From contig NC_090402.1 of NCBI RefSeq assembly GCF_036365525.1, forward strand, positions 32,605,412 to 32,669,411: a stretch of DNA of 64,000 bases, read 5' to 3'. The notes beneath the pieces were generated by a model. The model saw only the letters and a program-made list of their open reading frames with translations, was not told the DNA's origin and did not search any database. Source of the stretch: Heterodontus francisci (lineage: Eukaryota). Below, one piece after another: positions 49,736-62,967 of the stretch (position 1 is the first letter of the stretch; every line of letters starts with the position of its first letter). Made by a program: the position numbers and the translations under genes.

Positions 49736-52700
49736 TTCTTGCAGTGCAGCCAGAGCCAGGTCCACAGCACCATGGGGGGTTCAGCTGTGTGGGAGGCAGG
49801 AGGAGGATTCTATTGTTAGGGGAACAGACAGGCGTTTCTGCGGTGGCAGACGTGAATCCAGGCTGGTATATTGCCTCCCTAGTGCTCGGGTCATGGATGT
49901 CATTGAATGTCTGCAGAGCACTTTGGGGGAAGTGGGGGTGGGGTGGGGGGAGGGGGGGGGGGAGTGCAGGATGAACAGCCAGAAATCATGGTTTATGTTG
50001 GAACCAATGACATGGGTAGAAAGAAGGACGAGGTCCTGCAGGCTGATTTTACAGAGCTAGGAAAGAGTCAAGCAGGCAGGACCTCAAAAATAGTAATCTT
50101 TGGATTACTCCCAATGCCACACGCTGGTGAGTATTGAAACAGAAGGATAAAACCGATGAATGTGTGGCTGGAGAAATGGTGCAGAAGGGAGGGCTTTAGA
50201 TTTCTGGGACATTGGGACTGGTTTTGGGTGTCAGTGGGACCTTGAAAGTCCGAACAGGTTTCACCTCAACAGAACTGGGACCAATGTCCTCGTGGGGCAG
50301 TTTGCTAGTGGTGTTGGGAACAGTTTAAACTAATTTGGCAGGTGGATGGGCACCAAAATGTAGCATTAGAAAGGAGAAACAGATGCATGATGGATTGGGA
50401 GAGGCAGATAGCACTAGAGTAAGAAATAGTATGGTGGGACCAAATAAACAAGAAATACAATATGTTCTAAGTTAGGTTTCACTGCATTTTGTAAATACAT
50501 GAAGCGTGATAAACAAGACTGGTGAACTGCAGACGCAAATAACCACATGGGAATATGACGTTGCGGTGATAACAGAGACCTAGCTCAAAAAAGGCCACAA
50601 CGGAACACTAAACGTCCCTGGAATCAAGGTGTTCAGGAAAGATTGGGAAGGAAAGAAAGGAGGAAGGGTGGCAGTATTGATTATGGAGAATATTACAGTG
50701 CTGGAGACAAAGAATGTTCTGGAAGGTCAAGGACAGCATCTATATGGTTAGAGTTAAGAAATATTTGAGGTGCCATTGCACTATTGGAAGTATTCTAAAG
50801 GCTACCAACTAGTGGGAAAGACATAGAGGAGTAAATTTGCAAGGAAATTACAGAGATGTGCAAAAACTATAGAGTAGTGATAATGTGGGACAAGGAGGAG
50901 TATAAAGGGCAGAGAGGGGAAAGAATTTCTGAAGTGCATTCAGGAGAATTTTATTGATCTGTATGTTTCCAGCCCAATGTGGAGGATACATTGCTGGATC
51001 TGGTTCTGGGAAATGAGGTAAGTCAAATGGATCAAGTGTCAGTAAGGCAACATTTAGGGAACAGTGATCATAGTATCACAAGGTTTAGGTTATTTATGGA
51101 AAAGGACAAGGTGCAATCTAGAGTAAAAATTCTTAATCAGAGGAGGGTCAATTTCAGTTCAAAGAGAACGTCCAGGGTATATTGGAATCCAAGATTGGCA
51201 GGCGAAACAGTCAAAGGACAATGGGCTGCCTTTAAAGGGGAGATGGTTCAGGTACAGTTGAGATACATTCCTATGAGGGGGAAAGTCAGGGTGACCAAAG
51301 CCAGAGCTTCCTGGATGACAAAAGAGATAGGGAGTAAGATGAACAAGAAAAAAGGGGTGTATGATAGATGTCAGGTTGATAATAAAAATGAGAACGAGGC
51401 TGAATGCAATAAATTGAGAAGGGAGGTGAAAAGGAAATGAGGCAAAGAGGAAGTATGAGCAGAGACTGGCAGCTAACATAAAAAGGAATCCAAAAGTCAT
51501 CTATAGGCATATAAATAGCAAAAGGTAATAAAAGGAGGGTTGGGGCTGATTAATGACCAAAAAGGGGACTAATGCATGGAGGCAGAGGGCACGGCTAAGG
51601 TACTAAATGATTGCATTGCCTCTGTCTTTACCAAGGAGGAAGATGCTGCCAAAGTCATGTTGAAAGAGGAGATAATTGAGATACTGAATGGGTTAACAAT
51701 TGATAAAGAGGAAATATTGGAAAGCAGATGCATTCAAGGACGCTGAGGGAAGTAAGGGTGGAAATTGCCATAATCTTCCAATCCTCCTTAAATATAAGGA
51801 TGGTGCCAGAAGACTGCAGAATTGCAAATGTTACACTCTTGTTCAAAAAAAAGATGCAAGGATAAACCCAGAAACTACATACCAATCAGGTTGACTTCCA
51901 TGGTAGGAAAACTTCTGGAAATGATAATATGACAAAATTAACAGTCACTTGGACAAGTATGGATTAATTAAGGAAAGCTAACATGGATTTATTAAAGGAA
52001 AACCATGGTTAACTAACATGATTGAGTTTTTTGAGGAGGTAACAGAGAGGATTGATGAGAGTACTGCAGTTGATGTGGTGTACATGGACTTCCAAAAGGC
52101 ATTTGATAAAGTGCCACATAACAGGCTTGTCAGCAAAGTTGAAGCCCATGGAATAAAAGGGTCAGTGGCAACATAAATACAAAGTTGGCTGAGGGACAGA
52201 AAACAGAATAGTGGTGAACGTTTGATTTTCAGACTAGAGGCAAGTATACAGTACGGTTCCCCAGGAGTTGGTATTAGGATCATTGCTTTTTTGGATATAT
52301 ATTAATGACCTAGACTTGATGTATGGGACATATTTTCAGAATTTGCAGATGACACAAAACTTGGAAGGATTGTGAACTATGAGGAAGATAGTGATAGACT
52401 TCAAGAGAACATAGTCAGGCTGGTGAAATGGACAGACATGTGGCAAAATGAAATTTCATGCAGAGAAGTGTGAAGTGATACATTTTGGTAGGAAGAACGA
52501 AGAGAGGCAATAAAATCTAAAGGATACAATTCTAAAGGGGATGCAGGAGCAGAGGGACCTGGGGGTATATGTGCATAAATTATTGAAGATGGCAGGGCAG
52601 ATTGAGGAAAAAAGGTTAAAAAGGCATATGGGATACTGAGCTTTATAATTAGAGGGCATAAAGTACAAAAGCAAGGAAGTTATGATGAACCTTAAAAAGC

Positions 52701-53490
52701 ACTTGTTCAGCCTCAACTGGAGTATTGTGTCCAACTCTGGACACCACCCTTTCGGAAGGATGTGAAGGTTTTTGAGAGGGTGCAGAAAAGGTTTACGGAA
52801 ATGGTTCCAGGGAGGGGAGACTTCAGTTATGAGGAGAGGTTAGAGAAGCTGGGGTTGTTCTCCTTAGAAAAAGAAAATAAAGGTGTTCAACGTCATGAGG
52901 GGTCTTATGAAAGTACTTCCATTTTTAAAATATTTCTGTGAGGACTTGTGTTTTAAAATTGTGGAAATGGATTCATTTGAGACTGAAGAAATTCCATAGA
53001 TGTTGGACTTTTTTGAAAAAAAAGTCACTGGAAGGACTTTTGGGAAACTTTGTTTAAAACACACCCTTACTGGATGTCACATGCCTTAAACTAAGTAAAC
53101 AGCAGATGCCTTCTGGCTATGGGAGTTATTTACATAGAAATGACATGACAAGATATCATGTCACCGCCTGCGGCGGTGGGAGGAGGCTCTTAATTGGCCA
53201 ATTAACTAACACTGTCTTGAAGAACATTATTGTGTGTTTTAATCACACATTGTGCTTTTTATGTTCAAAGCAGGGGCAGTGAATAGGTACTTTTCTCCAT
53301 TGAGCATTGTATGACCTGAAAAGAGTCAAACCCACTCTTAGCAAATGCTAAATGCAGGTATCTGAGTGATTTTTTTTTTCCACTCAAAATGCCTTGAGTC
53401 AGCCTGTGGACAACGGCTTGGGGCAGAACTAATTTTCACCAAAAAACCCCAAGCCTAGTCTTGGCTTTGTGGCAGTCCCCTGAATTCAGT

Positions 53491-53587
53491 CAGAACAAGG
53501 GTCATTGACCTGAAACGTTAACTCTGCTTCTCTCTCCACAGATGCTGCCAGACCTGCTGAGTTTTTCCAGCACTTTCTGTTTTTATG
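53491..53587 (+). mobile_element. Penelope 3'-tail module (hammerhead core degenerate)
   Basis: aagggtcattgacctgaaacgttaactctgcttctctctccacagatgctgccagacctgctgag. Confidence 0.8.
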
Positions 53588-54474
53588 TAAATCCCCATCT
53601 GTTGGGCTATTTCCCAACCCTGTTCTCATTGTCGAGATCTGGGAAATGTGCACATACCTGACCTTTAACAGGCAGTAGCAGAGATTGACATTTCTCTGCT
53701 TGTTTGTAGATTTGGGCTAGAATTTTTTTAAAAGGGAATTCCACAATCTAAGACAATCACAGTATTCTTGTACATCACCATTGCACATACCACAGTTTTA
53801 CATTACAGTATTCACTCAGTTAATTCATGATCTTTCTCTACTATCCTGCTTCCAAATGATAAACAGCAAGATGGAACTGATGCACATTCAAAAGGCTTAC
53901 TTCTGTACCAAGGGTGGAATCAGTAGTTTCTTTCACTTCCACATTGTAAATAAGGGCGTTAAACATGCACAACCAAAAAGAGTCAAACGGAACAATTTGG
54001 TTTTAAAAATTAGTATCAATTGAGAAACTTGTATTGATACGAAACATTACAGCATATGTCTATCAAGAATGGAGAACTATTTTCGACAACTCCACCAAAC
54101 AAACCACAGGGAGTAAAAACATGTACAGCAAATATCGCAAACCCAACACTTTGCTTTTTTTTGGTGAGTTTTTTGCCCTTTATCACCTGCCCACCACATG
54201 CTACAAAGGCATTGACTTCTGCTTGGGTAGGGTTCCACAGCCCCTTGGCAACCCTGCAGTTCGTGACCCAAGTGGCAATTATTCACGTTTGCCTATACAG
54301 TGAGTGTTCACAAGGATGGGAAAAGGGTGCAGTGCGCACAATTCTGCCAGTTCTGTTCATGCCCACTGTCCATACTGGTACATTGTTCATTGGCTAATTT
54401 TTCTATTTCTTAACTTGGGGAGCTGAAACCTTCTTGGTTGTGCGAAACTAAATCAGCAAAGTTTTAAAAAAAAA

Positions 54475-57400
54475 TTCATTCATGGGATGTGGACGTCGCT
54501 GGCCAAGCCAGCATTTATTGCCCATCCCTAATTGCCCTTGAGAAGGTGGTGGTGAGTTGCCTTCGTGAACCGATGCAGTCTATGTGGGGTAGGGACACCC
54601 ACAGTGCTGTTAGGAAGGGAGTTCCAGTATTTTGACCCAGCAACAGTGAAGGAACGGCGGTATAGTTCCAAGTCAGGATGGTGTGTGACTTGGAGGGAAA
54701 ATTGCAGGAGGTGGCGTTCCCAAGCATTTGCTGTCTTTGTCCTTCTAGGTGGTAGAGGTTAAGGGTTTGGAAGGTGCTGGCTAAGGAGCCTTGGTGCATT
54801 GCTGCAGTGCATCTTGTAGATGGTACACACTGCTGCCGCTGTGCGTCGGTGGTGGAGGAAGTGAATGTTAGTGGATGGGGTGCCAATCAACCGGGCTGTT
54901 TTGTCCTGGATGGTGGCGAGCTTCTTGAGCATTGTTGGAGCTGCACCCATCCAGGTAAGTGGGGAGTATTCCATCACACTCCTGACTTGTGCCTTGTAGA
55001 TGGTGGACAGGCTTTGGGGAGTCAGGAGGTGAGTCACTCGCCGCAGGATTCCTAGCCTTTGACCTGCTCTTGTAGCCACGGTATTTATATGGCTACTCCA
55101 GTTTAGTTTCTGGTCAATTGGAACCCCCAGGATGTTGATAGTGGGGGATTCAGCGATGGTAATGCCATTGAATGAAGGGGAAATGGTTAGATTCTCTCTT
55201 GTTTGAGATGGCCATTGCCTGGCACTTGTGTGGTGCAAATATTACTTTCCACATCAGCCCAAGCTTGGATATTATCCAGGTTTTGCTGCATTTCTACATG
55301 GACTGCTTCAATATCTGAGGAGTCGCGAATGGTGCTGAACATTGTGCAATCATCAGCGAATATCTCCACTTCTGACCTTATGATTGAAGGAAGGTCATTG
55401 ATGAAGCAGCTGAAGATGGTTGGGCCTAGGACACTACCCTGAGGAACTCCTGCAGTGATGTCCTGGAGCTGAGACGATTGACCTCCTACAACCACAACCA
55501 TCTTCTTTTGCGCTAGGTATGACTACAACCAGTGGAGAGTTTTCCCCCTGATTCCCATTGACTTCAGTTTCGCTAGGGCTCCTTACTGCCATACTCGGTC
55601 AAATGCTGCCTCACCTCTTGAGTTCAGCTCTTTTATCCATGTTTGAACCAAGGCTCAATGAGATCAGGAGCTGAGTGGCCATGGCAGAACCCAAACTGAG
55701 CAGGTTGTTGCTAACCAAGTGCCGCTTGATAGCACTGTCGACGACACTTTACTGATGATTGAGAGTAGACTGATGGGGCAATAATTGGCCAGGTTGGACT
55801 TGTCCTGCTTTTTGTGTACAGGACATACCTGGGAAATGTTCCGCATTGCCAGGTAGATGCCAGTGTTGTAGCTGTACTGAAACAGCTTGGCTAGAGGTGC
55901 GGCAAGTTCTGGAGCACAGGTCTTCAGTACTATTGTCGGAATGTTGTCAGGGCCCATAGCCTTTACAGTATCCAGTGCCTTCAGTCGTTTCTTGATATCA
56001 AGGGGAGTGAATCGAATTGGCTGAAGACTGGCACCTGTGATGCTGGGGACTTCAGGAAGAGGCTGAGATGGATCATCAACTCGGCACTTCTGGCTGAAGA
56101 TTGTTGTAAATGCTTCAGCCTTATCTTTTGCACGGATGTGCTGGGATCCCCCATCATTGAGGATGGGGCTATTTGTGGAGCTACCTCCTCCAGTTAGTTG
56201 TTTAATTGTTCACCACCATTCACGGCTGGGTGTGGCAGGACTGCGGAGTTTAGATCTGGTCCGTCGTTTATGGGATCGCTTAGCTCTGTCTATCGTATGC
56301 TGCTTACGCAGTTTGACACGCAAGTAGTCCTGGCTTGTAGCTTCACCAGGTTGACACCTCATTTTGAGGTATACCTGGTGCTGCTCTTGGCATGTCCTCC
56401 TGCACTCTTCTTTGAACCAGGGTTGGTCTCCTGGCTTGATAGTAATGGTAGCGTGGGGGATATGCCGGGCCTTGAGGTTACAGATTATGGTTGAATATAA
56501 TTCTGCTGCTGCTGATGGCCCACAGCGCATCATGGATGCCCAGTTTTGCATTGCTAGATCTGTTTGAAATCTATCCCATGTAGCACGGTGGTAGTGTCAC
56601 ACAACACAATGGAGGGTATCCTCAATGTGAAGGTGGGACTTTATCTCCACAAGGACTGTGCAGTGGTCACTCCTACCAATACTGTTACGGACAGATGCAT
56701 CTGCCACAGGCAGATTGGTGAGGATGAAGTCAAGCATGTTTTTCCCTCAGCACTTGCCACAGACCCAGTCTAGCAGCTATGTCCTTTCGGACTCAGCCAG
56801 CTTGGTCAGTAGTGGTGCGACCAAGCCATTGTTATTGATGGACTTTGAAGTTCCCCACCCAGAGTACATTCTGCACACTTGCCACCTTCAGTGCTTCCTC
56901 CAAGTGGTGTTCAACATGGAGGAGTATTGATTCAGCAGCTGAGGCGGGGCAGTAGGTGATAATCAGCAGGAGGTTTCCTTTCCCATGTTTGGCCTGATGC
57001 CATGAGACTTCATGGGGTCTGGAGTCAATGGTGAGGCTCTCGGGGCAACTCCTTCCTGGCCACAACTGTGCCAGCAACTCTGGATGATCTGTCCTGCCGG
57101 TGGGACAGCACATACCCAGGGAAGGTGATTGTGATGTATGGGACATTGTCTGCAAGGTATGATTCTGTGAGTATGACTATGTCAAGTTGTTGCTTGATTA
57201 GGCTGTGGGACAGCTCTCCCAACTTTGGCACAAGCCCCTAGATATTAGTAAGGAGAATTTTGCAGGGTCAACAGGGCTGGGTTTGCCATTGTTGTTTCTG
57301 GTGCCTAGGTCAATGCTGGGTGGTCTATCCAGTTTCATTCTTTATTGACTTTGTAGTGGTTATATACAACTGAGTGGCTTGCTAGGCCATTTCAGAGGGC

Positions 57401-57663
57401 ATGTAAGAGTCAACCATATTGCTGTGGGTCTGGAATCATATGTAGGCCAGACCAGGTAAGGACAGCAGATTTACTTCCCTAAAGGACATTAGTGAACCAG
57501 ATGGGTTTTTAACAACAATCAACAATGGTTTCATGGCCATCATTAGACTAGGTTTTAATTCCAGATTTATTAATTGAATTCAAATTCTACTGTTTATTTT
57601 ACCTTCCTATGGTGGGTTTGGAACCCATGTCCCCAGAGCAATACCTGGGTCTCTGGGTTACTA
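54475..57663 (-). mobile_element. Near full-length family B LINE (single APE-RT ORF remnant, no ORF1) with tRNA-like SINE head at 5' end
   Basis: ORFs 57025-57231 (DIVILTES), 56832-57155, 56210-56551, 55664-55957 (GPDNIP..NYCPISLL), 55187-55501 (GVPQGSVLGP..FADD), 54759-55238; head 57365-57663. Confidence 0.92.
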
Positions 57664-58790
57664 AATTAAAAGCAAAATACTGCAGATGCTGGAAATCTGA
57701 AATAAAAACAACAAATGCTGGAAATACTCAGCAGGTCTGGCAGCATCTGTGGAGAGAGAAGCAGAGTTAACGTTTCAGGTCAGTGACCCTTCTTCAGAAC
57801 TAGTAAATATTAGAAATGTAAAAGGTTATAAGCAAGTAAAGCGGGGGTGGGGCAAGAGATAACAAAGGAGAAGGTGTAGATAGGACAAGATCACAGAATA
57901 GCTGACCAGAAGGTCGTGGAGCAAAGGCAAACAATATGTTAATGGTGTGTTGAAAGACAAAGCAATAGTACAGATAGGGTGTTAAAGGTCAAGAAAATTG
58001 AACAGCTGCAAGTGCAGACATGAAAAAAAACAGTGGATAAGCAAACTGAACAAACGAAGATGAAATAAAATGAAATAAACACAAAAAAAATTTTTAAAAG
58101 GAAAAAGAAAAAAATAACTAAAAATAAAATTAAAATGGGAGACCAGTCATGCTCTGAAATTATTGAACTCAATGTTCAGTCCGGCAGGCTGTAGTGTGCC
58201 TAGTCGGTAAATGAGATGCTGTTCCTCGAGCTTGCGTTGATGTTCACTGGAACAGTGCAGCAATCCCAATACAGAGATGTGAGCATGAGAGCAGGGGGGA
58301 GTGTTGAAATGGAAAGCAACCAGAAGCTCAGGGTCCTGCTTGCGGACTGAGTGGAGGTGTTCCACAAAGCGGTCACCCAGTCTGCGTTTGATCTCCCCAA
58401 TGTAGAGGAGACCACATTGTGAGCAGCGAATACAGTATACTACATTGAAAGAAGTACAAGTAAATCGCTGCTTCACCTGAAAGGAGTGTTTGGTGCCTGG
58501 GCTAGTGAGAAGAGAGGAGGTAAATGGGCAGGTATTACACCTCCTGCGATAGCAGGGGAAGGGGATGAGGTGGTGGGGGTAATGGAGGAGTGGACCAGTG
58601 TGTCACGGAGGGAACGATCCCTTCGGAATGCTGACAGGGGAAGGGAGGGGAAGATGCGTTTGGTAGTGGCGAAAATGGCAGAGGATGATCCTTTGGATGT
58701 GGAGGCTGATGGGGTGGAAAGTGAGGACAAGGGGAACCCTGTCGCGATTCTGGGAGGGAGGGAAAAGGGTGAGGGTAGAGGTGCGGGAAG
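57664..58790 (-). mobile_element. Penelope-like element 3' fragment with GIY-YIG endonuclease and hammerhead-bearing tail
   Basis: ORF 58147-58476 VVYCIRCSQCGLLYIGE..RLGDRFVEH..HFN..GLN; minus-strand CTGAAGA-AGGGTCACTGACCT-GAAACGTT at ~57768-57797; possible TSD TGGGTTACTA/TGGGTTGCTA. Confidence 0.92.
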
Positions 58791-58999
58791 TGGGTTGCTA
58801 GAGTTTAACCAGCTGCAACCACACACCTTGCCAGATTTTTTTTTTTTTGAAAGGACACTTGCTCACTTGTTTGTCCAGCTAAAATCACCCTACCCATTAG
58901 GGTATTAGCCTGCAAGATTATCTGGATCTGTAAAAAGAATCTCTGTCCCAAGAAAACCCAATGCTAGCTTCACTCCAAGATCTGACTTGCATACTTCCA

Positions 59000-59190
59000 A
59001 CAAGGATCAGAGGCAGGAGCCCCTGCTAACTTTCCCCCTCCCCGAACCCAGGGCTGCTGGGGACAACCCTGCCTATGGTCAATCAGCCAATTTAGCACAG
59101 GTCAGGGATTGAACCAGAGATCAATCTGTATTGCTCAGTTGATAAATTTACTCGATAAATTCCCTGAGTTGTCAGGGGGAGCCTAATCCT
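59000..59190 (-). mobile_element. LF-SINE-like relic
   Basis: Minus strand ggttcaatccctgacctgtgctaaattggctga..ccctggg..gagggggaaagttagcaggggctcctg. Confidence 0.5.
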
Positions 59191-59302
59191 ATGGAAAGTT
59201 GATTCTATTTCTGTAAAAGAGAAATTAGGTTTACTTGACAAACTGTAAACAATATCTTGGCATATCTGGGGAATTAGTAATTTCTGTGTTTATTAAAATC
59301 GA

Positions 59303-60418
59303 AAAGCCCGTGGAATAAAAGGGACAGTAGCAGCATGGATACAAAATTGGGTAAGGGATAGAAAACAGAGTTTTGGTGACTGGCTGTTTTTTGGACTGGA
59401 GGGAGCTACACAATGGAGCTCCCCAGGGTTCAGTACTAGGACCACTGCTGTTTTTGATATACTTTAATGATTTGGGGCTTGGCAGTACAGAGCACAATTT
59501 CAAAATTTACAGATGATACCAAAGTTGGAAGTGTAGTAAGCAATGAAGAAGATAATAGTAAACTTCAAGAGAGCATCGACTGGCTGATGGAATGGACAAA
59601 CACATGGCAGATGATATTCAACACAGAAATGTGTGAGGTGATACATTTTGGTAGGAAGAATGAGAAGAGACAATGCAAGCTAAATGGTATAATTTTAAAG
59701 GGGGTGCAAGAATAGGAAGACCTGGGTATGTTTGTGCACAAATCTTTGAAGATGGAAGGACAGGTTAGTAAAGCAGTTAATAAGGCATATGGTATCCAGG
59801 GCTTTATAAATCGAGGCATCGAGTACAAAAGCCAGGAAGTTATGTTAAACCTATATGGAACACTATTTCAGCCCCAGTTGGAGCCTTGTGTCCAATTCTG
59901 GGCGCCACGCGTTTGGAAGCAAATGGAAGCTTTGGAGAGGGTACAGAAGAGTTATACTAAAATGCATCCAGGAATGGGAGATTACAGTTACATGGATAGA
60001 TTGGAGAAGATGCAGTTTTTCTTCTTGGCACAGTGAAGGCTGAGGAGATGTGACCGAAGTGTTTAAAATCATGAAGGGGTTAAATGGAGTAAATAAAGCT
60101 TTCCAATGGCTGAAGGGTCAGTAACCAGAGGGCACAGATTTAAGGTAATTGGCAAAAGAACCAAAGACAGCAGGAGGAAAAACTATTTTACACAATGATT
60201 GGTTAGGATTTGGAATGCACTGCCTGTAAAGGGTGGTGGAGACAGATTCAATAGGAGCTTTCAAAAGGGAATTGGATAAATACTTGAAGAAAAAAAAACT
60301 GAAGGGATGTGGTAAAAAGCAGGGCAGTGGGACTAACTGAACAGTTCTTTGAAAAGCTGGCACCAACCCAATGGGCTGAATGGCCTCCTTCTATGGTGTA
60401 CTATTCTATGATTTTATG
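59303..60418 (+). mobile_element. CR1 LINE 3' fragment
   Basis: ORFs 59467-59715 (KFTDDTK), 59728-60036; tail attctatgattttatga. Confidence 0.9.
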
Positions 60419-60633
60419 AGGTATTTATTGCTGAAAGATCTCTTAATGAATGGAAATTGCCACTTTGGAGCCATGCTTTGGTTGATGATCAAGAAACTGA
60501 ACAGAATCGTTATAAAAAGATGATTGTCGTGAGAATGCTTAAAGTTTAATGCTTTAAGATAATTAGGATGTCATAGAGTCATGTACCTGAGTGTGTATAT
60601 ATAGCCATATTGCCTCTGTAAGTAAGTTAGGCT

Positions 60634-61753
60634 ATAAAGGCCAATTCTGGAGTGACAGGCTCTTCCACAGGTGCTGCAGAGAAATTTGTTTGTTGGGGCT
60701 GTTGCACAGTTGGCTCTCCCCTTGCGCCTCTGTCTTTTTTCCTGCCAACTACTAAGTCTCTTCGACTCGCCACAATTTAGCCCTGTCTTTATGGCTGCCC
60801 GCCAGCTCTGGCGAATGCTGGCAACTGACTCCCACGACTTGTGATCAATGTCACACGATTTCATGTCGCGTTTGCAGACGTCTTTATAACGGAGACATGG
60901 ACGGCCGGTAGGTCTGATACCAGTGGCGAGCTCGCTGTACAATGTGTCTTTGGGGATCCTGCCATCTTCCATGCGGCTCACATGGCCAAGCCATCTCAAG
61001 CGCCGCTGACTCAGTAGTGTGTATAAGCTGGGGATGTTGGCCGCTTCAAGGACTTCTGTGTTGGAGATATAGTCCTGCCACCTGATGCCAAGTATTCTCC
61101 GAAGGCAGCGAAGATGGAATGAATTGAGACGTCGCTCTTGGCTGGCATACGTTGTCCAGGCCTCGCTGCCGTAGAGCAAGGTACTGAGGACACAGGCCTG
61201 ATACACTCGGACTTTTGTGTTCCGTGTCAGTGCGCCATTTTCCCACACTCTCTTGGCCAGTCTGAACATAGCAGTGGAAGCCTTACCCATGCGCTTGTTG
61301 ATTTCTGCATCTAGAGACAGGTTACTGGTGATAGTTGAGCCTAGGTAGGTGAACTCTTGAACCACTTCCAGAGCGTGGTCGCCAATATTGATGGATGGAG
61401 CATTTCTGACATCCTGCCCCATGATGTTCGTTTTCTTGAGGCTGATGGTTAGGCCAAATTCATTGCAGGCAGACGCAAACCTGTCGATGAGACTCTGCAG
61501 GCATTCTTCAGTGTGAGATGTTAAAGCAGCATCGTCAGCAAAGAGGAGTTCTCTGATGAGGACTTTCCGTACTTTGGACTTCGCTCTTAGACGGGCAAGG
61601 TTGAACAACCTGCCCCCTGATCTTCTGTGGAGGAAAATTCCTTCTTCAGAGGATTTGAACGCATGTGAAAGCAGCAGGGAGAAGAAAATCCCAAAAAGTG
61701 TGGGTGCGAGAACACAGCCCTGTTTCACACCACTCAGGATAGGAAAGGGCTCT
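60634..61753 (-). mobile_element. RTE-clade LINE RT/C-terminal fragment with uninterrupted frame
   Basis: ORF 60571-61800 GVKQGCVLAPTLF..LFADD..YLGS..LLYGSEAW..RRLRWLGHV..CSTCGRACHSRIGLYS; flanked by GTTAGGCT (60626-60633, 61754-61761). Confidence 0.95.
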
Positions 61754-62509
61754 GTTAGGCTCTGTACCCCAGCTATTTGCTGGTTGGGTGTTAAGGACAA
61801 AATAAATTTGCTTCCAGTGTGGTTCAGGTATTTAGTGTCTCAATAAAAGCACCATATTAATGAAGTGCCATCTGTTTCAGAATGCATTATGGATCAGTAT
61901 CCTTAAACCGGAACTGCCACCATGACTGTCCTGGTATTAGACTCCTGCATATGTGGACATCTTGTGAGTCTGCCATACCAAGACTTAGCAAGATTGTAAT
62001 ATTCTGCAGTAACTCTGTTCAGTAATGGAGTGGTGCTGTTTTATCAAATATTGCACTGATATCGAATGAGGGTTACCACTCTCAAGATGTAGGGATTCTG
62101 GGAAGGCATTAGTCTTCTTTAAGCGGCATGTGCTTCAAACTCAAAGTCTTTTATGTGTTTCTTTTAGCTGTATTACCTAAATATATCTTGTATAGTATAT
62201 ATAAAATTTTAAATTTGAATGGACAATTATTCATCAGTGGCAGGATTTCAGGGTGTGCCATGTCAATCTGAACTCCATAGTCCATGAAACATTGTTTCCT
62301 GTTCTGAGCTCTGAAGCCATGATTGTCTTTTGGTCAACTGACGTCATCACTAGGGTTATGCTTCTTGATTCAGACAATACCATTCTTGTGATCATTTATC
62401 TTGAGGATGCATTATTCATTGGTCTGTTAATATAATATTTTTGTCCACACAAAGCTGCTAAAAATAGTTTAATTTGGGTTAGCCAAGCTTTGGCACAATT
62501 AGAGTAACT

Positions 62510-62580
62510 TTAGTTTTAGAGATACAGCACTGAAACAGGCCCTTCGGCCCCACCGAGTCTGTGCCGACCATCAACCACCA
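62510..62580 (-). mobile_element. HE1 SINE 3' tail fragment
   Basis: ttagagatacagcactgaaacaggcccttcggcc. Confidence 0.8.
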
Positions 62581-62634
62581 ACTTATTGGATGTGTGCCTG
62601 TGGTCAACATATTGAAAACACCAAGGATGATGGA

Positions 62635-62728
62635 ATAAAAACAAAAAATGCTGGAACCACTCAGCAGGTCTGGCAGCATCTGTGGAAAGAGAAGCAGAGT
62701 TAACGTTTCGGGTCAGTGATCCTTCTTT
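62635..62728 (-). mobile_element. 94-nt Penelope 3'-tail module
   Basis: 9-bp TSD GATGATGGA (62626-62634, 62729-62737); same module as 17616-17719. Confidence 0.82.
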
Positions 62729-62967
62729 GATGATGGAGTTTGTTTCTGATTTACAGTGATAGGCTTGCTTATTAAACAGAACAAGGATGCATGCTAAAAG
62801 TATCACACAGTATCTGTGTATGTGACACTAACAAGATGTTTGAAAACCTAAGTCTAGGCCAGATTTGAACTCTGAAGTATGGATTTCAGATAAGTTTTAA
62901 GATGGTATGGCATTGTGCCTGTTTTTGTTTTTCTGCAATGTAACCTGAGTTCAGAAATTCAGTATAA

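Larger units (their letters stand above)
46880..52910 (+). mobile_element. Old, near full-length CR1 (5' UTR, ORF1, ORF2), split by an antisense CR1
   Basis: ORF1 start ~47257 with Cys motif; resumes ~49740 (DSIVRGTDRRFCG, YVGTND); APE (LDLVLGNE..SDH) and RT motifs to 52900. Confidence 0.85.
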
